From positions 201,502,001 to 201,566,000 of the forward strand of contig NC_058368.1 in NCBI RefSeq assembly GCF_018350175.1: a stretch of 64,000 bases of DNA. Direction: 5' to 3'. Each line of letters begins with the position of its first letter. The stretch's first letter is position 1. This document shows positions 13,501-26,125 of the stretch, one piece after another. This stretch comes from Felis catus. Taxonomy: Eukaryota. A program made the position numbers and the translations under genes. The notes under the pieces were generated by a model. The model saw nothing but the letters and a program-made list of their open reading frames with translations. It was not told the origin of the DNA and ran no database searches.

Positions 13501-16500
13501 CTAATGTTATAATTCTCTTCATCCATAACATGTATTGTTCTTCATGTCTCACACCACAGTGGGTCTGAAGGACATGCCCTCTGTCAGAATTCACACCATC
13601 CACGAATGCCTGTGGCTTCTTGTTGAACCTGAGTTATCAGCCCTGCTGTGGAGAGTAACTTTTAGCTCTTGGTGCCCCTTCCTGCCAATAGATCAGGGTA
13701 ACCAAACACACTGTTCTCATGTTGAATCTCGGGATAGCCCGCATCTCAATGAGGTTCCTTCTTTCCCAGAACCCTCAAATAATCCCAACCCTGCCCTGCA
13801 ACTCTGAAAACCAAAGTGATAGACAGTATTGTTAAGCTACGGGAAACCACAACAATAAAATGTTTTCAGACCCTTTCCAAAGACAAGTGAAACTTACATT
13901 AAACCCACATTTACATAATGGATGCAGATAAATTAAGTGGCTCGTAACAGAGTAGAAACTAGCTTTGCTGCGTGACTTTCTTAGAACTTGTTAGATTCTT
14001 TGAATCATGACATGATTTAAATATATATTATACTACACCCCCAACACCTTACTATATATTAAAGTCATCAATGTCCTCCAAGATGCTGCCACTTACTCTA
14101 ATTATCCAGGAGTTGCTATGTGTGCACACCCTTCACATCTCCCGCCGTAATAGAAAGGGCCTCAGCCAAAACTGATGTGGGAATATTGAGTTTGGCCAGA
14201 ATAATGTAGTTGAAATAAAGTACCAATGGGGGCAAGGAAATCTTTTTTTTTTCATAACTACTTCTTCATTCTTGCTAAAGCAAGCCATATCTGAATCCTT
14301 GATTTGCACACACCCTTGACATTTTGCAATATATGTGTATGTGTGGATAATTTTTTTAATCCATCAAAAGGGTTTCTCTTTTGAAAGTCTAAGTGAACAG
14401 CTGCCTTCAGCTGAGACACATTTAACTTTCTGACAGGTACAAGAATTCTGATCCCCAGAGACTAGCACTTTTCTTTTCAGAGCCATCTCCTATCTTTGTG
14501 ACTCTCTGGTAGAAACCGGCAATACCCATGCATTCGTTATGGATAAACTAATCCAGAAGATTCTACTCATTTCCTTCCTAAAAGAGCAAAGTTGGGCCAG
14601 TAATGAATGAAATCTGCTTCTCTTTCTTTAGAAGTAAAGAATCTTGATAAGGAATCTGAGAAGTATTCTAGGCCATCCCTTATAAACTGGAAGTAAAAGA
14701 TTTGATAAGCAATTATAAAAGAAAGATACATTTCCACTTTTCTGTTTGCCATATAAAGGATATTTTCCTTAAAAACTGTTAGAAACACTTTGTAAGTAAA
14801 TAAGTGTGTTCACTTCTAACCCCTAATAGAAAACAAAGTAAAAGAAACAGGGAAATAAATGTTATATTAATTGTCTGTATATTAAAAACTGAAACTATTC
14901 AGTTGTATGGCAGATGTTATAACTTGGCTTCGTGGGCTTAATCCACATCCTTATGACGTTATCTAAAATAAAGTGTCATGCAGAACAGCAATTAAGTTAG
15001 TATGTCTTTAGTTATTACGATGCTTTTGCAGATGGAACTCTGCCTAAAATCAAGCTTCTTAGAATTGGACTTCTTCAGTGATGTTAACATCACTGATCAT
15101 AAAGAGAAATCGCTTGTTTACTTCTGTAAGTTTTTTTGAGGGGATATAAAGTTTTCACCTTAGTAAATTTGCTATATTCTGATATTTGATTTTTTTTTAA
15201 ATTCAAATAGACAAACTGATTTTGATATTTTTCTTCTTAGCAGATGAATGGGATAGTTCAATAAAATGCTAGTATATTTTGAAGCTTGAAATAACACTCC
15301 TGACCTTCTGTCCATAGGGCATGAGTTTTGAGATTTCCCCTTTATTCCTCATGAAGAGTTTTATAGCTTCCATTCATATCAACTTGTTCCTTCTCCCAAG
15401 GCCCAAGTGTATTAGAATACCTCAACTAGACACAGTAAATTCATAAAAAATGTTAGTATGAGCATGCCCCACCAAGAAAATGTATATTGAGTGTTTTTAA
15501 TTAATAGTAACAATTCAGTTGGATATTGATTAATAATGATATTATGATAATATTAATATGATATTAATTTGTGGGACACTGTTATATTATTTCTTAGTTA
15601 ATAAGCAAAAGTAGCATGTTTTGAAGACTGGGAGCTTTTAAGTCATTTAGACTATGAACTGAATCAATCCACACACAAAAAAGTATTACTGATATAATTT
15701 ATTTTAGAAATTCCTCTTTAAAATAAATGTCATGGTATGCCATACCATAACTAAACACACATAAATCTGTATTGCTTTCTATATATAGATAGCATTTAAT
15801 TGTTTCTAGATAATTTTTAATTGGTTTCATTTCTCACCTAATTTTTATTCTGTCTATTCCAGTATTTTGGTAACTAGGATAAAGTTTAAAAAACAATAAT
15901 TTTTAAATAACAATAACACGTTGTTTCTATATTCTTTCTCTGAAGGTATACAAAATTAACAGAAAAAGTTGAACCTAGAAACCAAATTAACCGATTTTAT
16001 GAAATGTAAGCTTAATAAAAATGGAATGTTTTAAATGATGAAACCCTACATCTCTGCCTTCCTTAATATCCTTACACTATCCCATCTTTCCATTTATTGG
16101 CTGATGCATAGTATTAAACTATGTAACTTACTAGGAACATAATTTTAATAGATTTAGTTTGGTTTAATTATTAGTCACAATATGATATTGGCTACACAGC
16201 CATAGCTATGGTAACTACTTTTGAAAATATGAAGAAATGCAGACTAAGAATACAGAAATGTATGAATTATCATGCATTATCATAAACACAATCATGTTTA
16301 ATGTTAATCATAATCTATGAGGTGATGAAAGGCAGCAAAATTGCTAAGTTTAATCCTTTATGTATGAGAAAGTGAGAAAGGGAGAGAGGAAGCCTGAGAG
16401 AGAGACATGGGGTAACATTAATGTGCCCATAAATGCGTATAAATTGTTTAAAATATTTGTATCAGAAAAATGTGATGAACTTTCTCCATGAGTTATTATA

Positions 16501-16981
16501 TCACTAAGATTTCATTATTTTGATGAAATGCACTATGTTAATTCAAATGCAATATAATCATAAGTAACACTTTGAGTATATGAACCACACTTGTCAAAGT
16601 AAATGAACAAAATATTATTTTGATGTAGGGCCCTTGAACTCCTTTATAGCATTGGTTTTGTTTACATTGTAATTTTCAAAATTAAGTAATCTACATGGTT
16701 CCCTAGTGTGAATTAACAAGTAGCTCTCAATCAATGTTTTACATTTTCTTCAGCAAACCCATGGAGGAAAAAAATGCCTGTTTTCTTTCTTGTGGTATAA
16801 AATTATTGTAGTCTATAACTCTTCGCACTTCACTATGGAGAACATATTTTCAAAGTATGTATTATGTCACCATTCCAGAAGTTCTCCTGTATGTATTCAA
16901 TAAGAAAAAGCAAAACTACATTCAGAATAATTTCATAATCATGAAACACAGATGAATACACTTTAAAATGTAAATCCTGTT

Positions 16982-17446
16982 GGGGCGCCCAGGTGGCTCA
17001 GTCAGTTAAGCGTCCAACTTGGACTCAGGTCATGATCTCACAGTTCATGAGTCCGAGCCCCGCGTTGTGACAGCTCAGAGCCTGGACCTTGCTTTGGCTT
17101 CTGTGACTCCCTCTTTCTCTGCCCCTCCCCTGCTTGACCTCTGTCTCTGTCTCTCTTTCTTTTTTTTTTTTTTTAATTTTTTTTTTTCAACGTTTATTTA
17201 TTTTTGGGACAGAGAGAGGCAGAGCATGAATGGGGGAGGGGCAGAGAGAGAGGGAGACACAGAATCGGAAACAGGCTCCAGGCTCCGAGCCATCAGCCCA
17301 GAGCCTGACGCGGGGCTCGAACTCACGGACCGCGAGATCGTGACCTGGCTGAAGTCGGACGCTTAACCGACTGCGCCACCCAGGCGCCCCTCTGTCTCTC
17401 TTTCTTCTCTCTGTCTCTCAAAAATATGTAAACATTAAAAAAATGT
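16982..17446 (+). mobile_element. CAN-SINE host element interrupted by a nested antisense SINE
   Basis: Head ggggcgcccaggtggctcagtc at 16982; tail resumes after 17406; TSD aaatg(t/c)aaatcctg on both sides. Confidence 0.93.
17162..17390 (-). mobile_element. Young SINEC_Fc-type SINE nested in the CT tract of an older SINE
   Basis: CpG-rich, near-consensus sequence; perfect 16-bp TSD tctgtctctctttctt at 17146-17161 and 17391-17406. Confidence 0.97.
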
Positions 17447-18689
17447 TTAAATGCAAATCCTGAGGTCTTTCTATTGAAGCTGTTTCACACTGCCTTTACT
17501 TAGTTACTTACTAATACAGTCATCTGAACAAACTGAAGCCATGTCATTGGGCTGCCTGAAGTTCCCTTTCAAAAACAAACACTCATTTCCAGAAGTCTCC
17601 GTCTCCCATATTTGACAAACCTAAAATCCATTGTTTTCCCTTGAAGGTCCTTTTCTTCATAATATAAGTAAAATTTGATTAATGATTTTGAAAATAAAAA
17701 CAAGAGAATTAAAAATAACACAAATCCATAAAGACGAACTACATAGAAAACAAAACAGAAAATTTAAAAAGAGGCAGTAATTTCAAGGATAAATGTCATG
17801 GTTGGTTGTCACTATTTATTGGAAAAGCCAAAATGTGTGCCAATGCAGCATTTCATTGGTGACTGTGACTTAAGAAAAATTTTGAGGATAAACCAAAAGA
17901 GTAATCAGTAAAATATGTAAGAGTGGGAGGAAGGACACCTGTTGCCATAGCTTTAAAAAGCCGTGTCTTCAAAGACGGCCTACAAAGAACCCACACAAGT
18001 ACTAATCTATTGCCTGATTCTCAAAGCCACCAGAGAGAAGCTAGAACTAACAGGAGTGATGATCCTGAACTAATTGGATTTTAAATCAAGATCAAAATGC
18101 AGCATGCATTATCCAGAAATGGAACAGTCTAATTTAGTAATTACGGGATTCACTGCAGTTGACTCAATCCCAGCTCTCACTGTTTCGGGCATCAGGTCCA
18201 CCCCCACTCCCCCTGGGATGGCACAGCCTTCTCATTTGTTTGCCGTTAGGAAACTTCCATCAATGCTGCGTTTCAATTTCTCATTCTCTCTTATCTCCTT
18301 TGTATGAATCCCTGTGCCGGGTACGGTTTCCAATCAATAGAACAAAATGGTATCCGTAAATACAATTTGGAAATTATTACACATATTCTCGTTTCCAGTA
18401 AATTCTACTTTGGGCCTAGGAATTGTAACCCTTTTATTCTTCTTCACAATCTAAATCACAGAAAGAAAGAAAAGAAAAGTAATTCATCAGTCATCACCTC
18501 ATGTGTGGAGAAACAGAATAGAGGTAGGCCACCACTGAACTTCCAGCAGAATGGAAAACTTGAACTGACTATAGCTGATGATAAGGTAGGGAAGTGGAAT
18601 TGTTCTTTGCAGCATTTTGAGTTAACAGAACATAGGAAATACTGTTTTCTTTCATTTCCGACTCTGGTGGCATTGGAAAAAGGCATAGG

Positions 18690-18915
18690 AGAGGTTAGAG
18701 AGCATACACAGGCTTTGGAGGTGACAGAGCTCAGATCTCCACACTAGCTCCATGAACTTAGGCAAGGTATTAAATTTCACTCAGCCTCAATTTTCTCTTC
18801 TGCAGAATGACGCTCATAACAGGATCTACATCACAGGGCTTTAATAAGATAAAGAATATAAAACTCTTAGGATGGTGTCTGGCTCATGGTAAGTGCTAAG
18901 TGTTAGTCCTATGGT
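18690..18915 (+). mobile_element. MIR
   Basis: 'ggttagagagcatacacaggctttggag..aacttaggcaaggtatt..gcctcaattttctcttctgc..gtgtctggctcatggtaagtgct'. Confidence 0.85.
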
Positions 18916-19066
18916 GATAATTCTGAATATTCATTCGAATCTTCAAAATTGTATAACTTCACTAGACACACAATGGAACAACCAAATAACACTCTTTTCC
19001 CTTTGGCTGCAACAGTGGGGACAGTAGAAGTGTAAAGAATAGTGTGCAGTTGTGGTCAATATATCA

Positions 19067-19150
19067 TGGCTTGAACCCACGAACTGTGAGATCATGACCT
19101 GAGCCGAAACCAAGAGTCAGATGCTTAATGGACTGAGCCACCCAGGCACC
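19067..19150 (-). mobile_element. CAN-SINE head-only fragment
   Basis: 'ggcttgaacccacgaactgtgagatcatgacctgagcc..gagccacccaggcacc' with no body or tail. Confidence 0.9.
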
Positions 19151-19392
19151 ACTAGTTCATTGTATTAGATAGTGAAGACTAAAAATAACTAAATATCTGA
19201 AGCCTTTAGGTAACTAAATTATGGTACCCAAAATTTAATTTCTGTTGAGGTATATTTTACATCCCCTGCCTAGCATCTTCTTTCCACAGAGGCAACCAGA
19301 TTGAAAAATGATCGTGAAGAGGAAGTTGCTTAGTGTGCATGATCCTAATGCTATAGAAATATAGGATTTCATTTTTAATGATTTAGCCCAAG

Positions 19393-19609
19393 GGGCGCCT
19401 GGGTGGCTTGGTCGGTTGGGTGTCCGACTTCAGATCAGGTCATGATCTCATGGTCCATGAATTTGAGCCCCGTGTCGGGCTCTGTGCTGACAGCTCAGAG
19501 CCTGGAGCCTGCTTCGAATTCTGTGTCTCCCTCTCTCTCTGCCCCTCCCCTGTTCCTGCTCTGTCTCTCTCTGTCTCAAAAATAAATGAACGTTTAAAAA
19601 AAAATTAAA
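19393..19609 (+). mobile_element. CAN-SINE (SINEC, felid type)
   Basis: Full element; TSD aatgatt(t/g)agcccaag. Confidence 0.96.
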
Positions 19610-19974
19610 AATGATTGAGCCCAAGAAGGTCTGAGGCATCTACCTTTGCAATAAAAGGGGATGCCTACCTCTGAGAATAGCAACTTGCTCTTTTGAACCA
19701 AGGAATCATCTTCTCTTCTCTTGACACCAAATTTAGCTATTCAGTGCTTTCATGGTTGAACAGTATCTTCCTTTTTAGACTTTTCTGCTCTTTTTTTTTT
19801 AGGGATGTGTTAACACACTCAACGAGAGTGTGTCAAGTAGTGATGGCTTGAAGGATATCCTCTTGAGCATGACTTTCATACTTCTCCATGTGTTGTTAAA
19901 TTAACAAATTAACTTCCAGAGGGATCGTTCTTACTTTCAGTGTCAGTGGGCTCGTCTACGTTTGGTCCCAAGTA

Positions 19975-20270
19975 CAGAGAGCCAGCATAGCCCTGGGGTT
20001 AAAATTGTGGGCACTGGAGCCATCCTATAGATTTACAACCTGATTCTGCCACTAAGTAGCTGTGTCACCATGGGTCCAGTTCCTTATTATCTTTGTTTAT
20101 CTAATTTATAATTATCACTTCAGTTTCTATAATTATAAAATGGGGTTATAATATCCACCTCATAGTGTTATACCTGTAAAGATCAATGAGGTCCACATAC
20201 AAAGTGCATAGAACAGTGTTTGGTGAATGGAAATTATACAGTGAGTGATTCATTATTCATTATTATTACT
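19975..20270 (+). mobile_element. MIR
   Basis: 'ttctgccactaagtagctgtgtcaccatggg..cagtttc..taaaatggggttataata..cctcatagtgtt..aaagtgcatagaacagtg'. Confidence 0.85.
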
Positions 20271-21407
20271 ATAGGTAATTCATTCTTTTTCCCCCTTATT
20301 CCTATTCTTTCCAGAATTCTTATGAGAAGCCTGTCACTCCATCTGTATGTTTAAAACCAACCCTTCAGTGCCTTCGATGCTAAAGGAGTAACACCGTCCT
20401 TTACGAAAAGATGCAACACCTTATCTTTTCTTGTCACCTTTCATTCATCCGGTCACTCAATTTATTTCCAGGTTAAATTCATACTACTTCCTTGATAATA
20501 TATTTTACTTTTGCATCGCTTCAAAGTAAATATTTACAAGATCTAGAATATTTTTACTGTGTCTTAATCCTTGAAGAATACATAGGTTGGTTGTCTTAGA
20601 AATAGCCTTTTTGCTTACATATCTTGACAATTGCTTAGGTCAATATATACTTTTCCTATTGGTTGCAAGAGTTACAGTTCAGGGAATAGAAGTATAGTAT
20701 TGGAGTTTATCACATTTATAGCTTTCTGTTCTCCCAGGAAAAAACAAAAAATCCATTTTTTTGACCTCCAAGACATGGTGCTCTGCCATGCTGAAAAACA
20801 GTGTTTCTAAAACAGGAGCTAAATTTAGATTTAGGAGGCATGAGTTTCCAGCCATAAGGGAATAGCAGGATTTTGAATTAACCTCCTGCCATAAACAACT
20901 AGAAAACTGGGCAAAATATAGGAAACAACTATTTTCATACTTTAAACAATAGACAGAACAGCACTGTGATCCCTGAGAGAAAGGAAACAAAAGAAATAAG
21001 ACCTACAATTTCTTAGGCTCTCTGCCTAGAGATTTCTATGCTGTAGCACAGCAAAAGGAAACCCAAATAGAGCCTGGAGGCCTCTCTGAGCGAAGAGGGC
21101 ACTAGAATTTGCAAGGCATTTGCAGGAGGGAGTTATGCAGCAAAAGGGCTCCAAAAAATGTGCAGAGCAGTCTTTCTGACTCTTTAGCATAACACAAAAC
21201 TTAGTATGCATAGAGTGAGGCTCCAAGAGACAAGGCAAGAGCAACTTCTGAGAACAATTTCTGGGCAGCTAGATAATGAATAATTTCCTGAGTTTACACT
21301 AGTCCAGAACTGTTGAAATTCCCATTAGCCAGAGTAGAGAGTTCTCCTGAAATACTCAGAACATTCAGTAGAGGCCATCTAAGGGTTATACCTTAGAAGT
21401 GAGGCTA

Positions 21408-21580
21408 CAGGTCATGATCTCGTGGCTCATGAGTTCGAGCCCCATGTCAGGCTCCGTGCTGACAGCTCGGAGCCTGGAACCTTCTTCAGATTCTGTATCT
21501 CCCTCTCTCTCTGCCCCTCCCCCACTCATGCTCTGTCTCTCTCTCTCTCTCTCTCAATAATAAATAAGCATTAAAAAAAA
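21408..21580 (+). mobile_element. 5'-truncated CAN-SINE (first unit of a tandem pair)
   Basis: Starts at 'caggtcatgatct', directly after TSD agaagtgaggcta (21395-21407). Confidence 0.93.
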
Positions 21581-21585
21581 GTTAT

Positions 21586-21819
21586 GGGCGCCTGGGTGAC
21601 TCAGTCGGTTAAACGTCTGACTTCAGCTCAGGTCATGATCTCACAGTCCGTGAGTTCGAGCCCCACGGCGGGCTCTGTGCTGACAGCTCAGAGCCTGGAG
21701 CCTGCTTCGAATTCTGTGTCTCCCTCTCTCTCTGTCCCTCCCCTGCTCATGCTCTGTCTCTCTCTGTCTCAAAAATAAATAAAAACATTAAAAATTTTTT
21801 TTAATTAAAAAAAAAAAAA
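21586..21819 (+). mobile_element. CAN-SINE (second unit of a tandem pair)
   Basis: Full head gggcgcctgggtgactcag; A tail followed by TSD agaagtcaggcta (21820-21832). Confidence 0.95.
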
Positions 21820-22049
21820 AGAAGTCAGGCTAAATTAGCCCTAGGAAAAAAGACTATTCTAAAGCTACCCTAAAATAACTTGAAAACAGGTCTCAGAAGG
21901 ATACATTTTTTCCACAAGTAATCTTATTGGCTATAAGAAAAAAGTCCAATGCTCTTGATTGGAATACAACAAAATCCGGCATCCAACGACATCAAAGCCA
22001 CCACCTTCCATTAGATTTAGTTTAACTGTGAAATTGCTTCAGGAGGTAA

Positions 22050-22358
22050 ATATGGAGTCATTAGTTCTTTCGCCAAATATCTGTACTCTTTCCAAGTACA
22101 TGTGAAACATATACTTCCAACTACATCTTAAAATTAGGTCACACTGGGCTCTCTTTCCTCCTGTCACAGCAACTGGTGATGCCCTAGACTGTGACGGCTT
22201 TGCCCACTGTGGACTGCAGTAAGAACATGGAACAGAGGCTGAAGCCAATCCCCAGTGAACAAGCTGCATGAGTAGGAAATAACTTTTTTGTCTTAAACCC
22301 TTGATATTTTCCATAGTTGTTAAGCTCATTATAACTTAGCCCATCTCTACTGATAGGA
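22050..22358 (+). mobile_element. MaLR solo LTR (MLT1-type, MLT1J-like)
   Basis: 3' part 'agcaactggtgatg..gcatgagtaggaaataactttt..tcttaaacccttgatatt..ataacttagcccatctctactgata' resembles the MLT1 end. Confidence 0.75.
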
Positions 22359-23109
22359 TGGCACTAACATCATAGAAAAGAACAAAACACTATCTCCAAA
22401 TTGTAGGAAACATGAGCCTTTATGATTTATCTGAGCTTTTTGCAGGTCTGTTGCAGTATGTTTAGGAGATTTAGACTTACATGAAGTTTGTGGTTCAATG
22501 GGCTTCTTTTATTCAGTACCTCCTCAGATCCTTTAACCTGCACTGGACTCTCCAATTAGAGTCTGTGTGATAAGCGATGTTTTCATACTTAGTTGACCAT
22601 TAGTTGCTTTTTTTTTCCAAAGTGTCTCCAGCACCAGTGATCTGAGGAGCACCCTTTTGGAAATGTTGAAGTCGTCCAATGCTCTGTCTTCCAAATAAGG
22701 TGAAACTTCCACACTGAGGTTAATAGGTGTGTATGAACCATACAACTAGAACCCAGGTCTCTTAATTCTGTTTTATGCTTTCTGCTATATGCATCACTGC
22801 ATTACAATAAAGGACTAAGGTTATATTTTTCCTCATGGGGTAACTGTTTTCATAGAGAAATGACAATTGTTAAGATTTAAAACAACTAATAAATATCACA
22901 AGATTTTAGATTTGTGGTCTTTCTTAGGTAAGATGTAGGACAGTGGGAAATGACTGTATTTTGCAATATGTACTTGATGAGAGTGAATCTACATTGATAG
23001 AGGTAAAGAATCAACTTAAATGAAACTCATGTAAGTTGCACTGATATTTGAGCTCATATGAGACCATTGAAAAGCTTAGGGCTTCTTTTGAATGCCATAC
23101 ATAAATCTG

Positions 23110-23435
23110 TCCTGAGCTTCTTCGCATATGGCATAAAAGCCACCTTTTCAGCAAGGCCTTCCTTGACCTTTCTAGAGAAAATTGCACATCTCCACCCCAT
23201 CTGCCAGGTTAAGAACTCTATCTTTTCTCCTTGTTTTATTTTCCTCTCTAAACTTATGATCCTTTGACATTCTAGGTATTTTCCACGTGTATTTGCTTAC
23301 TGTCTCTCTCCTTCAGTAGAATGTAAACTCGGTGAGGTCAGGGATATTTGTAAGCGTTGTCTAAAGTAGCCCCAGCACCTGCAAGTATGTGTGGCATATT
23401 GTAGTTACTCAGTAAGTACTTGTTGAAATTATGGA
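23110..23435 (+). mobile_element. L2 3' end
   Basis: 'ggccttccttgacc..gtctctctccttcagtagaatgtaaactc..agcacctg..tggcatattgtagttactcagtaagtacttgttgaa'. Confidence 0.85.
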
Positions 23436-25044
23436 CAAATTGTTTATTTATCTCATATAGCTCATATGAATTTGGATATGATCTTTGACTTTCAAAGGGA
23501 CACAACTTTCTGATGCTGTTTGTGAAGCATTGCATAAGATAATATGTAACTTCAGATTGCTAAATCTAACCAAATGCCAGGTATTCGGAGAATATGAAAT
23601 AAAAATGACCACTAAGTAAAGTTTCCTAGAGCAAGTTCTGGGAAGAGATATGAAGTAGGTAAAATTGATCTCTAATTAAGTACCATTTTCCCAGGACTCT
23701 CACCTGCCTCCTTAGTTGCCCAAATCCCCTATTTCTGAAAACCACTCAATCTACCTACCATCTTTGGAAATATTCCATTTTCTAGCGCATTACAATACTC
23801 CACGCTGCTCTACATTTTGTCTAACCAGTTCTGGTCCTGGCCCTTTGTGTTACTCTTTTCTCATAAATAGACTAGAAAGTCTCATCACCCCGATCCCATA
23901 GTCCGTGCAGCTGTGCTGGGTATCATGACCTTACTCTTCCTTGGTAGACTAATGAGGATATATTTATGAGAATGGAGTGACATCATTATCCTTCAAACTA
24001 CTTCAATGGGGAAGAACATCTACCAAAAGATGATTTTTCTTCAACTCTGCTCAATTCAATGTTTAGAAAAGATTGGAATCAGGGAGGGTTATTTCACTAG
24101 GAGATTGGGGAAAGCACCTCTATCTACAATTATCTTTTATCCCTAACTCTAGTTTCTAATCAAATAGAAGTTTGATTATCCAAAAGCAGCTGGAAAGGAA
24201 AAGTTCCTTATTTTAGGTCAACTCAGAATGTCATTCTGTTTATCCTCCTTGGTTCTAATACATGTTCTAATAAATATCTATCTGTGTCCAGGTACAGTGT
24301 ATATACTAAATGTAAACCTTGGAAATTCTGAGGTTGAAAGAAAGACTGGAGACAAGGTGTAGACCCTTCAGAATGTGTGGTTCTCCAGTGAGTTCCATTA
24401 CCACATGAGTTAACTGTTGAATATGTGGCTACAGTGATATGCCAAAAACTCATGACTTCCTTTATGCCTTTTTAAGATTTTTCTCTTTTCTAAAGAACCT
24501 CTTTTCCTGAATTAGAGGAATTCTTTATTTGATGTAAATTTCTGTTTCCACTACCAAAGCTGAGTTTTAATTAATTCATTTTGCTGACTGCACTCTTTAG
24601 AGAAGATCATTTCCTTTTTGAATGCAAGCAGCAAACGAAAAGATGACACATTTTGTCTTCTTTCTACGCCCAAATGTAAATAATTATGATAACCTCTTGC
24701 TATGTGGGAGGTGGCTGTCTAGTGTGATCATTAAATTACAGCTCCTGTATTGTGTTCGCTTTGGTTAATGTTCATCCTAATTCGATAGACTGAATTGTAT
24801 GTGATGCAGAAAATTCCTATTTGTACTTACAAAATACAGTTTAGCAAATTGCTCCATGACACCATTCATTTTATTTCGTGAACATTTATTGTAGAAAATG
24901 AATACAGTTCTTTTTATTAGTTACACTGTGTTCTTGCAGAAAAAGAGACCAAAACCTTTTATAAATATGTCTTATTAAAAAAAAAATACAACTAAGGGAA
25001 ATAGTATTATTTTACCCACTTCACTATGAAAAGTTAATATATAA

Positions 25045-25095
25045 AATCATATATATATATATATATGTATACACACACATATGTATATATATATA

Positions 25096-25146
<51 letters not shown>

Positions 25147-25150
25147 GATT
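25045..25150. repeat. Compound (TA)/(CA)/(TG) microsatellite, quasi-palindromic
   Basis: Read directly from the sequence; bounded by aatcat and atgatt. Confidence 0.95.
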
Positions 25151-25755
25151 GATATCCTTCTTCAACATCACATATCATGTTAAGGACAGAATCAAAGACA
25201 GAAACTACTTCCTACAATTCCATATCTCCCACTTTACCTGCTGGATCACACTTGGATCCAGCTACAACTCTTCCAAATGGTAGTTTTCTGAGCCAGAGTG
25301 GCTCTGAGACATGGAGATTATGTCAATTCTTCCCTTTTACCTCAATGTCTGCTCAGTCCTCAGTTCGCACATGCCTCCTCTTACCCCCTGAAGAACACTA
25401 CAGTTGTCAGTGTTGTACCCAGTGATATGTACGTTCTGACAATGCTACTGATCCTGGGAACCATGATTCATATTTTATTGCCACCTTACTGTGTGGTTTT
25501 TACAGCTGGTTTTATTGTCCCCATCTATTTATTCAGAAGGTGTCATTTTGAAAATATAAACCTAAAAATAGGAAAGCAGTTGAGGAGAAAAATAGAATGT
25601 GTGCTTTTTTAGAATGAGTTTAATAAACTGTAGATTTCAGAAGGTTTCCACTCTCCCAAATTTATTTTCCTGAATGTCCTCTCACCCCCACCTCAAGAAA
25701 TAAAGACGTCATAAATAGAGCAGAGACCATCAGAGCTAGAAGGAATCTTAGGATT

Positions 25756-25950
25756 GGGGCGCCTGGGTGGCTCAGTCAGTTAAGCATCTAACTTTGGTTC
25801 AGGTCATGATCTCCCAGTTGGTGTTCAAGCCCCACATTGGGCTCTTGACTGTCAGAGTGGAGTCCACTTCGGATCCTCTGTTTCCCTCTTTCTGCATGCA
25901 CGAGCATTCTCTCTCTCTCTCTCTGTCTCTCTCTCTCTCTCTCTCTCAAA
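25756..25950 (+). mobile_element. CAN-SINE with almost no A tail
   Basis: TSD agaaggaatcttag at 25738-25751 and 25951-25964. Confidence 0.95.
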
Positions 25951-25964
25951 AGAAGGAATCTTAG

Positions 25965-26125
25965 AATTAACCTGTCAAACACTTCCACTGTACAGATGAC
26001 AGACGAAACTCTAGAGCAAGTAAGAATATGACTTGCTCAAACTCATATGGACATATCACTTGCAGAGAAAAGCCAACTCCTTCTCTACTCAGGCCTCGGT
26101 CCAGCTACTTTGCACATTATGCTGC
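25965..26125 (-). mobile_element. MIR fragment
   Basis: 'actgtacagatgacag..tgacttgctcaaactcata..ccagctactttgcacattatgctgc'; the SINE inserted into its left part. Confidence 0.6.

Larger units (their letters stand above)
20835..21995 (+). mobile_element. Ancient L1 (L1M/L1ME-type) 5' end fragment
   Basis: 'aaacaactagaaaactgggcaaaatataggaaacaact', 'ctgtgatccctgagagaaaggaaacaaa', 'ctaaattagccctag', 'ggaatacaacaaaatccggcatccaac' resemble old L1M 5'-end consensus; split by a SINE pair. Confidence 0.75.

Noticed and set aside
17019..17366. 115-aa ORF and similar ORFs (MAQSVK.., ..WDRERQSMNGGGAEREGDTES..)
   Set aside because: These are translations of CAN-SINE sequence that recur at every SINE, not genes.
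18074..18747. Overlapping ORFs including the longest one (147 aa, 18304-18747)
   Set aside because: No recognisable domain, the end runs into a MIR, and there is no supporting splice structure; the length is compatible with chance.
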